Assembly: GCF_004010195.1 (NCBI RefSeq)
Contig: NC_057720.1
Span: forward strand, 19,010,861-19,030,860
Length of the DNA: 20,000 bases
Origin: Chiloscyllium plagiosum
Lineage: Eukaryota
Reading direction: 5' to 3'
Shown: positions 10,150-19,185 of the stretch, in pieces
How the letters are laid out: each line of letters opens with the position of its first letter
Numbering within the stretch: position 1 is the first letter of the stretch
Translations under genes and position numbers: made by a program
Notes under the pieces: model-generated
What the model was told of the DNA's origin: nothing
Database searches by the model: none
What the model saw: the letters and a program-made list of their open reading frames with translations, nothing else

Positions 10150-10452
10150 GATTCTCCACCAGTCTGCCCTCAATTATCAATAAGGTGTCTTGACAGCATT
10201 ACTAAATGGCACCTTGTGCTATTCGCATTCTGCCAGAATTATCTGGCCTCTGACTTCATTATAATCTTGTTTCAGACATGGACAAAAGAGTTGAATTTGA
10301 GAAATGTACTCCCTACTGAACAACACTATAGTATACCTTCAACATCTGGACGCAGTGGTTCAAGAAGTTGGTCACTACCATCTTTCTGATGGCAATTGGG
10401 GTTTGCCTTTGCTGCCCTTATCAGTGATGCCCTAACCCCTCAAATGAATTTT
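10150..10452 (+). mobile_element. Decayed LINE fragments with 3' tail (CR1/L2-like)
   Basis: GCAGTGGTTCAAGAAG...GGCAATTGGGG...AATGAAT resembles a recalled elasmobranch LINE 3' end, and its end resembles the end of the SINE at 13615-13910. Confidence 0.4.
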
Positions 10453-10704
10453 AAAGCATTTAGCACTGGTTGTGTAGGTAAGCAGAGTTCACATTTTGGC
10501 AGCACATAAGACACCCCATTAAGTATAGTGTGTGGTGTTAGTTGAGCTCATCTTGGTTCGTTGTGCAGACTTTACAATTGATTATTAGCAGTGGGTGGGG
10601 AAGTAAAAAATGGATAGGAGTTCCTGGTCATTTTTGTTTTGTATGAGACATCCTGCTTGAGATTTGTTTGTTAGATTTTTTAAAATCAATTTATGTATTT
10701 ATAA

Positions 10705-11250
10705 ACTTAGGATTTCTGGCCCAGAGGTAGGGATACAACTACTGTACCACAAGAGCCCTTGTCATAAACCAATAAACCCACCATTCTCCCACTCTGGACT
10801 ATCAGGATTCAAACCCTGGTCTCCAGAACATTACCTAATTCCATGGATTAATAGTCAAGGGATAATACCATGAGGCCATCTCCTCACAATCTGCTCCACA
10901 ACTTGGAAACTAAGTCTCCAGGCTGAAAGGTAGGAATGTTACCACTATGCCACAAGAGCCTTGCTCCAGATTTTTATCTATTGTTTTCTTTTCATATCTC
11001 AAAGTGCTCGTACGCAACTTTTTTTTGTCCCCACCACCAAATCAACTGTGGTCCTATTATCCACCATTCCTAAATCATCCATGTTTCCAGTTACTCAATT
11101 TATGTGCCAAACTCAAAAATATGCTTTTTAAAATCACAAACCAAGCAATCCACCATTCTGATGTTTGTCAGAAATTAAATCTGGGTCCCCAGGACATTAC
11201 CTCAGCATCTGGATTAATTGTCTATGGTAGTGCCACTAAGCCATCTCCTT
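10705..11250 (-). mobile_element. Cluster of four tRNA-derived SINE head fragments (two families)
   Basis: 10705-10759 and 10900-10961 share AGGTAGG..A...AC(T/C)ACT.T.CCACAAGAGCC. 10790-10885 and 11145-11250 share GGTC.CCAG.ACATTACCT.....(A/C)TGGATTAAT.GTC...GCCATCTCCT and are the reverse complement of the head of 13615-13690. B-box-like GGTTTGAATCC on the minus strand at ~10805-10815. Confidence 0.7.
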
Positions 11251-11599
11251 GCTGTATAGACTTGCACAGCCTTAACAAAATGAGGTTTTTGAGGACAGTA
11301 CAAATGTTAGGGGAGGTGAGGGCAGTTAGGATATTAGCAGGAGATTGATTTTTATGTAATTTTCCAATTCATTTTCAGAAAACTTAATTTTGTTTCTGGA
11401 TTTAGATTTTGATAGTAAATTACAGCCTCAATAGTTGCTATTAAAGTATGTGGGAGAGAAACCTGAAATATCCAAATAGATGGACCACGATTAATTAAAT
11501 TATAGTTAGGTTTTAAGTCAAACATTTGTGGAATCTTTAAGGGAAAATGTTAACTTTCTGTACATTATTTTTAATATGAGGGTGAACACCATAGTATTT

Positions 11600-11668
11600 A
11601 TAGAATTATAGAATGTACCATCACAAAAAAGGAGAGCATTTTACCATCAATTCCATTGCAGCTTTTGG
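11600..11668 (-). mobile_element. CR1 3' terminal fragment
   Basis: ATAGAATTATAGAATG... is the reverse complement of the (ATTCTRTG)n-type CR1 terminal microsatellite plus adjacent 3' UTR. Confidence 0.5.
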
Positions 11669-11675
11669 GGGAAAG

Positions 11676-12620
11676 CTGACTGGTCTAATTAGTAGCTTTG
11701 CAGATGATACAAAGATTGGTGGAGTTATAGATAGTGGAGGATTGTCAGAGGATACAGCAGGGTATAGAGCCGTTAGAGACATGGGCAGAAAATGTTAAAT
11801 GAAGTTTAATCCAGACAAATGTGAACTGATGCATTTTGGAAAGTCAAGTACAGCTGGAAATTATACAGTGATTGGCAGAACTCTTAGGACTATTGCTATG
11901 CAGAAGGATGTGGGTGTGCAGATGCACAGATCACTGAAGGTGATAGTGCAGGTAGATAAGGTGTAACAAAAAAGGCTTATGGCATGTTTGTCTTCATTGG
12001 AAGGGCATTGAGTATGAGTGTAGACAAGTTATGCTGCAGCTTTATAGAACTTCAGTTAGGCCACACTACCAGAAGGACTATTGCATATACATCTGGTCAC
12101 CACACTACCAGAAGGATGTGGATACTTTGGAGAGGATACAGAAAAGGTTTACCAGGATTGCCTGGTATGGGGACTTTTTTTATGAAGAAAGGTTGGATAG
12201 ACTGGATATGTTTTCCCTGGAATGCATGAGGTTGAGAGGAGACCTGATAGAAGTTTATAAGATTGTGAATTGCATGGATAGAGTGGAAAGTATGGGGCTT
12301 TTTCCTGAGGTGGAAGGGTCAGTTACTAGGGGACATAGGTGCAAGGTAGGAGGTGGTGGTGGTGGGGTGGGGAGGGGGCGGTGGTGATGGTGGTGGTTGA
12401 TTGGTTTAAAATGGATGGCAAGTTTTTCATAAAAAGAGTTGAGTGTCTAGATGCTGCTGCCAGAGGTGGTGGTAGGAGATTCAAAAGCAGCATTCAAAAA
12501 GCACCTGGACGAATACATGAATAGGAAGGGAGAAGAGGGATCCTGTAAGTGAAGACAGACAGTTTTAATATGGAAGGGCAAAATGCATCAGTGCAGGCTT
12601 GGAGGGCCAAAGAGTGTACC
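11676..12620 (+). mobile_element. 5'-truncated CR1-type LINE (RT C-terminus to 3' UTR)
   Basis: GLISSFADDTKIGGVIDS; LQLYRTSVRPH; WSPHYQKDVDTLERIQKRFTR; RLRGDLIEVYKI. Contains a (GGT)n expansion at ~12350-12397. Confidence 0.9.
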
Positions 12621-13080
12621 CCTCCTAAATTGAATGTTTGTGTGTATATATCCCTGACTTGATTCTCAAGCTAATCTGTATTAGCTGATTTCTTTTGGGA
12701 CGGCTGCAGACTACTCCAGTTGGGTTCAATCCAAAGACCTGAGCATTGGTGTGAAAAATAGCTAGCTTCTAGTTCTTTAGCTTAATGACCACTAGTGAAT
12801 GCAAAACCCATGTGCACTTTCCAATCATAATACAAATATTCTGTCAGCTCTTGGTGTTTAGTATTGTGCATGAGAAGTGGCCTATTGGGTGAGGTACAGG
12901 ATAGCTACTGGCATAAATTCATTCCAGTAAGGGACAGAACATTTCAGAAGAACAAGTATGAAAGTGGAGTGGGCAAAAATGTTGCCTTCACAAAAGTTGT
13001 ACAGTAGGTTTTTTTTTTGAACAGCCGTGCATTAGTGATTGTTTAATTGCAGTGTTTTTACTGTTTGGTAATATAAATAT

Positions 13081-13190
13081 TTTTAATCAACCTATTCAGA
13101 CAGGTTATAGTATATCTCTAAAGCAGATGGAGCTTGAAACCAGGCCTCTGGCTCAGGCAGAGACACTATCATTGCGCCATTAAAACTCCC
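13081..13190 (-). mobile_element. tRNA-derived SINE fragment (same family as 10705-10759)
   Basis: CTTGAAACCAGGCCTCTGGCTCAGGCAGAGACACTATCATTGCGCCA aligns by eye with 10710-10750 and 10901-10952. Confidence 0.6.
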
Positions 13191-13207
13191 GTGTTTGTTT
13201 AATAGAA

Positions 13208-13520
13208 GCTTGGCTTAATTGGCCACTCTTGTTTCTGTGGCTGTTGTTTCTGCAATTTAAGATTGGAACTCGGCTGACACTTCTCGGTAGTACTGATTCT
13301 GTGCAGCATAATTGGAGAGAGCCTTAGATTGTGGCTTAAAGTAAGGGCCTGTCAGTTATGTTCTTATATAAAGTTACCACAGCATTCAAAACAGAGTAAT
13401 GAATTCTCCTCATGTTTTTCCTTCAACCAATAGTGGACTTATATTCATTTTTCTAATTGTTGTGTGTGTACTGATTCCTCTTTGTGAATGTTTTTAGGTT
13501 GTGGTCATTTTCCTAATACT
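13208..13520 (+). mobile_element. Ancient decayed DeuSINE-like (SacSINE1/AmnSINE1-type) element
   Basis: GGCTGACACTTCTCGGTAGTACTGA...TTAAAGTAAGGGCCTGTC...CCTTCAACCAA resembles my recollection of the Deu-domain SINE consensus; high divergence. Confidence 0.4.
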
Positions 13521-13614
13521 TTTAAACTTTGTTAGCATTTAAATATTGCAAAATCATATTCAACTTCCTCGCATCTAGTTGTACTGCTCTTGGATATGCA
13601 AAGGCTAGAATCAG

Positions 13615-13910
13615 AGTTCACTAGATGATGAATACAGAGATCTGGTTAATGTTCTGGGGACCTAGGTTCAAATCCTGTCATGGCAGATGGTAGAATTTAA
13701 ATTCAATAAAAGCCTGGAATTAAGAGCCTAATGATGCTGTTGATTACCTGTCAGAAAAACCCATCTGGGTAACTAATGTTCCTTAGGGAGGGAAACTCAC
13801 TTGGTCTGGCCCACATGGTACTCCAGACCCACAGCAATAGGGTTGACTCTTAACCGCCCTCTCAGTAATAAATGTTGGTCTAACCATCCATATCCCAGGA
13901 ATGAATATTT
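13615..13910 (+). mobile_element. tRNA-derived SINE, near full length
   Basis: B box GGTTCAAATCC at 13665-13675, body GGCAGATGGTAGAATTTAAATTCAATAAAA...AAAACCCATCTGG, and LINE-like tail ending AATGAATA followed by T/A runs. Confidence 0.8.
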
Positions 13911-14212
13911 TTAAAAAAATTGGTTTCATAATTAATTTTTTGTAAATTTCCACTTAATATTAGCATATAATTAAATGTTTTCCTCAGCATTTTGGAGATG
14001 TGCATTCCTTCTTTAAACAGAGAAGGATTGCAGAATGGAGGTGCTGTGGGGTCTACCTATGAGTCACAAGAAGGTAGTATGCAGATGCAGAAAGTAATTA
14101 AGAAGGATGAGAAGAATTTATTATGAGACGAATTGAGCATAGAAATGAAGATATAATTGAAGCATAACATTGGCTATTAGTGATACTATATTTGAATATT
14201 GTGTGTAGTATT

Positions 14213-14346
14213 AAGTTAAAAATCACACAACACCAGGTTATAGTCCAACAGGTTTAATTGGAAGCACTAGCTTTCGGAGCGCCACTCCTTCATCAGGTGG
14301 TTGTGATGCAGGAGCGGCGCTCTGAAAGCTAGTGCATCTCCAAATC
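14213..14346. mobile_element. Fold-back family B PLE-derived short element nested in CR1
   Basis: 12-bp perfect TSD GTGTGTAGTATT (14201-14212 and 14347-14358). Minus copy 14213-14300; inverted plus copy 14303-14335 joined directly to the terminal ATCTCCAAATC. Confidence 0.88.
14265..14299 (-). ncRNA. Minimal type I hammerhead ribozyme motif (family B, intact core)
   Basis: Minus strand CAC-CTGATGA-A-GGAGT-GGC-GCTCC-GAA-AGCT-A^GTG. Confidence 0.78.
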
Positions 14347-14983
14347 GTGTGTAGTATTGGTCGTCTTATTTAAGGTAGGATGTAAATGTGTTGGAAACAT
14401 TTTAGAGGAGGTTTACTAGACAAATATATGCAATGATAAGGTTGTCTTATGTTGAAAAGTTGGAAGACTGGACTGTTTACACTGACAGTTAAAAGAGCAA
14501 GGTGTGACTTGATTGAACTGTATAAAATCCTGAATGGTCCTAACAGAGTATATGTGGAAAGAATGTTTCCTCTTTGGCAAGTCCAGAACTAAGAGGCACT
14601 TTCTTTTTAAGGAAAATGTAGAGTGCTGATTTCAGGCAGAGATTTAATTTTTTTTTCTTTCTGTGGCTTGTATGACTGTGGAATGTCTGCCTCAGAAGGT
14701 GATGGAGGTGACACTTTTTTTTAAAGAGGTAGATAAACAAGGACATCAAAGGTAATTAGGGGTATATGGAAATATAAATACAAAGCACAAAACAGAACAG
14801 TCAGATTTTATTGAGTGTAGTAGGCTTGATGGGTTGGATAGCTTACTGTGTTAATTTGTATATTTGATTGTAGATTTTAATCATAAGATACTGTAAGCTT
14901 GCATTTTGTAGACTTTGTGATACAGTTTTGATATTACCCGAGAGGTCACAGAATTGCTTTTATGTAAAGGAGCATAAAGGAGC

Positions 14984-15147
14984 TCTGAGGAACAGGAAAA
15001 TCGACGTTTCGGGCAAAAGCCCTTCATCAGGAATGGCTGATGAAGGGCTGATGAATTCCTGATAAAGGGTTTTTGCCTGAAACGTCGATTTTCCTGCTCC
15101 TCGGATACTGCCTGACCTGCTGTGCTTTTTCAGCACCATTCTAATCT
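14984..15147. mobile_element. Fold-back family A PLE-derived short element
   Basis: Inverted arms 14984-15034 and 15055-15105 (51 bp, few mismatches), a 20-nt spacer made of CTGATGAA stutters, and a ~42-nt unpaired 3' tail TACTGCCTGACCTGCTGTGCTTTTTCAGCACC. Confidence 0.88.
14999..15034 (-). ncRNA. Minimal type I hammerhead ribozyme motif (family A, intact core)
   Basis: Minus strand ATTC-CTGATGA-A-GGGC-TTTT-GCCC-GAA-ACGT-C^GATT. Confidence 0.75.
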
Positions 15148-16296
15148 ATCCTCTTTATAACCCTACATTGACTTAGTAGTTTTGATTTAAAAGAACATTT
15201 CTAGCTGCTGAAGCATAGTTAATGAAATGTCCAATTTTGGTACAGGTGTGCTATTTTTGTATATTGCGTTCCTATTTTACAAATCTAACGCACTGCGTGG
15301 AAGTTGTGATTTCAGGATTCTCATTTATTTTTGGATAAAATTAGTATTAATAAGATAGTGGTGATAACTACCTAATTGTAATAACCAGTAACAGTGCGTT
15401 TGTTTGAAACATCAGAGACTACAAACCTTTTAAGTAGCTTAATTGTAGTTGCTCGCTTACGTGTGCAATATAATTGCAGGAGAGGCATGTTGAGTCCTTC
15501 TGCTATGTGTTTCTTGCATTAGTTTGTAGATGTCCTGAATTTGGAAATGGTACTTCAATAAAACTTTGAGCAATTGGAAATTTAATAACAAACTGCATGT
15601 CAACATTGGCTTAAATGAATAGAGGCTATATTACCTGGAATTAAAAGTAGAACAACATCAGTAAACTGCGACGAGTAGTCTAAAATTCACTAACAATTCA
15701 ATTGTGGTTAAAGTTTGTCTTCAAGCTGCAGTATTTATCCAGTCAAGAATGTTACAAATCAGTTTCTTATATAATAATTTCTTTTCAGCACGTTCAATAA
15801 TTGGGTATAGTAAACTGTTCACATTTTCCTATTTCAGATGCTTTCAAATCCTTTTAGAAAAGGAAGTTAATGTGAATATCCAAATTTGTTTTGAAGCCTC
15901 CACCTCCAAAATTGAATTAGTTCTTTGTATAGCTGTTTCCCAATCTGCTGAAGTACTCATTGCTACATTGGTGCAATAATTCTATTTCTCAGGTTGTCTA
16001 AAATAACCTCTGTAAATACGTGGAATTTGAGAGTTGCTTTGTGTTATGGATATGTCCACTGGGAATTGAATTGAGACTGTAATAACCTGTTTCTTTTGAG
16101 ATCTGTAACTACTGTTGGAATAGAGATGCTCATTGTCCTGTCAGTTAATGCTGGATTCAAAACAAACTGGCAGGGATGAATGGATGGGGTTCCAGTTTAC
16201 TTTGTACCACATGGCCTCCCTTGACAAAAATTTGAAACCTAAATTTGGTTTAAGTATTTAATAGCCCTAACACTGAAAGCTTTTAGAAGAAGCAAC

Positions 16297-16461
16297 ATTA
16301 GTATTGCTAAGTGAAACTGCAAAAATACTCTTAAGAATATTCTATCTCTGAAAAGCTGATGGAAGCAGAGTTCCAAAGTCTTTGGAACTCTGCTTCCATC
16401 AGCTTTTCAGAGATAGAATATTCTTAAGAGTATTTTTGCAGTTTCACTTAGCAATACTAAT
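16297..16461. repeat. Perfect 165-bp palindrome (82-bp arms, 1-nt spacer)
   Basis: 16297-16378 is the exact reverse complement of 16380-16461 about T16379 (…GTTCCAAAG T CTTTGGAAC…). Confidence 0.97.
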
Positions 16462-16503
16462 CAAAGAGTATTTTTGCAGTTTCACTTAGCAATACTAATC
16501 AAA
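16426..16503 (+). repeat. Perfect 38-bp tandem duplication overlapping the palindrome's right end
   Basis: AAGAGTATTTTTGCAGTTTCACTTAGCAATACTAATCA at 16426-16463 and 16464-16501. Confidence 0.97.
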
Positions 16504-16519
16504 CATCTAAGAGTAAAGC

Positions 16520-17850
16520 GTTTACCTAATCTCTGTTTTGAATATGCATCACTAGTTTTAAACAGAGATACCTATTTCTAGATTCGCTGATTGGAGGAAA
16601 TATTCTCTTCAAATCTATCCTGTCAAGAATCTTCAAGGGTTTTATGTTTCAATCAAGTCACCTCTTCCTCTTCTAAACTCCTTATAGGCTAGCCTGTCCA
16701 AGTTTTCCTCCATAAGGCAACTTGCTCATTTCAGGTATGAGTTACATAAACTTTCTTTGAATTGTCTTCACCACAAGGTGGTGATCAATACTGCACTGTA
16801 TTCCAGGTGAAATCTAATCAGTGCCTTATGTAACCGAAATATAACTTTTTTTTCCCTAATTTTATATTCAGTTCCTTTCATGATAATAGTGATCTTCTAT
16901 TAGCTTTCCTAATCATTTGCTGTACCTGTGTACTAATCTTTTTTGTGATTCCTGCACATAGATCCCCAGGTCCCTCTGCATTTCAGAGCTCTGTAATCTC
17001 TCTCCCCATTTACGTAATCTTTTTCATTCATTCTACCAAAATGGATAGGTTCACATTTTACCACATATTTCATTGCTACATCTTTGTCCACTCAGATAAC
17101 CTATCAATATATTTTGTAAACACATTGTATCATCTTCACAACTTGTATCCCTACCTATCTATGTGTCATCAGCAAATTGGTAATCGTACCTTCCCTCACT
17201 CCATCCAAAGTAATTTATATAAACTACAAGTATTTGTGGTCTGAGTTTTGATACCGCTCGAGATGTCTTGCCAACTTGAAAAAGACCAATTTATGCTTAT
17301 TCTCTGCTTCCTCTAAGCCAACCCATTTTCTATCCGTGCCAAATATTGTTACCCCCTACTAGGATTTAAAAAAAATCTGTAATAACCTTTTTGATGTGGC
17401 ACCTTATCAAATGCCTTCTAGAATTCTAAGTACAATGCATCTGCTGCCTCCCCCTTTATTTACAGCACGTTACCACCTCAAAGAGCTCCAATCATGTCAA
17501 AAATGTTTTCCCCTTTCACAGAACCATGTTGACTCTACTCCATTACCTTGGAGTTATTAAATGCTCTTTCATAACTTATATAACAATGATTTCTAACATT
17601 TCCCCTATATTTGCTAATGTTAAGCTACCCAGCCTGTAGTTTCCTGCTTTCTCTCCTTAGTGAATGCAACACCTGTATTCAAAATCTTGCAATCTCATAG
17701 GACTGTCTCTGAAACAAGTGAGTTTTGGAAAATTGAAACCAAAACATCAACCATCTCTAACTGACCATTTTTTAACACCCGAGGATGTAGTCCATCAAGA
17801 TTTGGGCTCTTGTAAGCTGCTGTTCCAACAATTTGCTGAGTATCACTTTT
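16520..17850 (-). mobile_element. Old CR1-type LINE ORF2 (RT) fragment, antisense
   Basis: GTGTCATCAGCAAA (~17163-17176) is FADDT on the minus strand; CCTTATCAAATGCCTTCT is KAFDK; AACCATGTTGACT is SQHG(F); CAGCCTGTAGTTTCC is GNYR. Confidence 0.88.
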
Positions 17851-17979
17851 CTGGTGATTGGTTTTCCTCAGTTCCTCCCTCCTTCCATTTCCTGATTTAT
17901 TGCTGCTTCTGGAATATCTGTTGTATCATGTAACCATGGATAATAGTTCCTACCCTTGACATTTTTCTTTAAAATTGTG

Positions 17980-18090
17980 GAGTCATACAGACAGAAGCCG
18001 ACCCTTTGGTCAAATTTGACGACACCAATCAAGTTTCCCAAACTTAATTAGCCCACGTGCCTCAATGTGGCTCATATCCCTCTAAACCTC
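17980..18090 (-). mobile_element. CR1 3' UTR fragment, antisense
   Basis: CATATCCCTCTAAACCT and TTCCCAAACTTAATTAGCCC are reverse complements of the CR1 3' UTR at ~6160-6215. Confidence 0.75.
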
Positions 18091-18094
18091 TTAC

Positions 18095-19185
18095 AGCTTT
18101 TTCACACAGAGGGTGGTGCTTGCATAGAATGAGCTACCAGCGGAAATGGTGGAGGCTGGTTCAATTACAACATTTTAAAAGGCATCTGGATTGGTATATG
18201 AATAGGAAGAGTTCAGAGGCATGTGGCCCAAGTGCTGACAAATTGGGCCTCTTACTGAGATATTTGTATCATCGATAGTCACAGGTGAGGTGCTGGAAAA
18301 CTGGAGGATGCTGGTGCCACTGTTTAAGAAATGCAGTAAGGACAAGCCAATGAACTATCAGCCAGTGAGCCTGATATCGGTAGAGGGCAAGTTGCTGGAG
18401 GGAATCCTGAGGGACAGGATGTAGATGTATTTGGAAAGGCAAGGACTGATTAGGAATAGTCAACATGGCTTTGTGCGTGGGAAATCATGTCTCACAAACT
18501 TGATTGCGTTTTTTGAGGAAGTAACAAAGAGGATTGATGAGGGCAGAACGGTGGATGCGATCTATATGGACCAGTAAGGCATTCAACAAGGTTGCCCATG
18601 GGAGACTGGTTAGTAAGGTTAGATCTCATGAAATACAGGTAGAACTAGCCATTTGGATACAGAACTGGCTCAAAGGTAGAAGACAGAGGGTTGTTTTTCA
18701 GACTCGAGGCCTGTAGCCACAATGTTCGGTGCTGGGCCCTCTACTTTATTTATATAAATGATTTGGATGTGAGCATAAGAGATATAGTTAGTAAGTTTGC
18801 AGATGACACCAGAATTGGAGGTGTAGTGGACAGTGAAGAAGTTTACCTCCGATTACAACAGGATCTTGACCAGATGGGCCAATGGGCTGAGAAATGGCAG
18901 ATGGAGTTTAATTTAGATAAGTGTGACGTGCTGCATTTTGGGAAAGCAAATCTTAGTAAGACTTATACACTTAATGGTAAGGTCCTAGGGATTGTTGCAG
19001 AACAAAGAGACCTTGGAGTACAGGTTCATAGCTCCTTGAAAGTGGAGTCGCAGGTAGATAGGATAGTGAAGAATGCATGCTTGGTATGCTTTCCTTCATT
19101 GGTCAGATTACTGAGTACAGGAGTTGGGAGGTCACGTTGCAGCTGTACAGGACATTGGTTAGGCCACTGTTGGAATATTACATGC
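18095..19185 (+). mobile_element. Two fused CR1 pieces: 3' end (18095-18246) followed by RT region (18247-19185)
   Basis: TTTTCACACAGAGGGTGGTG...AGGCATCTGGAT (3' end), then RT motifs SQHGFVRGKSCLTNLI, KAFNKVAHGRL, FIYINDLD, SKFADDTRIGGVVDSEE and LYRTLVRPLLEY. Confidence 0.92.

Larger units (their letters stand above)
14020..14850 (+). mobile_element. Old CR1-type LINE 3' fragment
   Basis: TTTGAATATTGTGTGTAGTATT|insert|GGTCGTCTTATTTAAGG...AGAGGAGGTTTACTAGA...GGTGTGACTTGATTGAACTGTATAAAATCCTG corresponds to decayed EYCVQFWSP...RRFTR...RGDLIE.YKI. Confidence 0.8.

Noticed and set aside
12640..12980. Possible very old SINE-like relic
   Set aside because: Only faint resemblance to a recalled repeat; cannot be supported or named without an HMM search.
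13615..13690. tRNA gene suggested by the GGTTCAAATCC B box
   Set aside because: No cloverleaf can be folded, and it continues into a SINE body with related fragments elsewhere in the window.
16297..16461. Pre-miRNA
   Set aside because: The stem is longer than typical, perfectly paired and has essentially no loop. It is better explained as a recent inverted duplication; no expression data.
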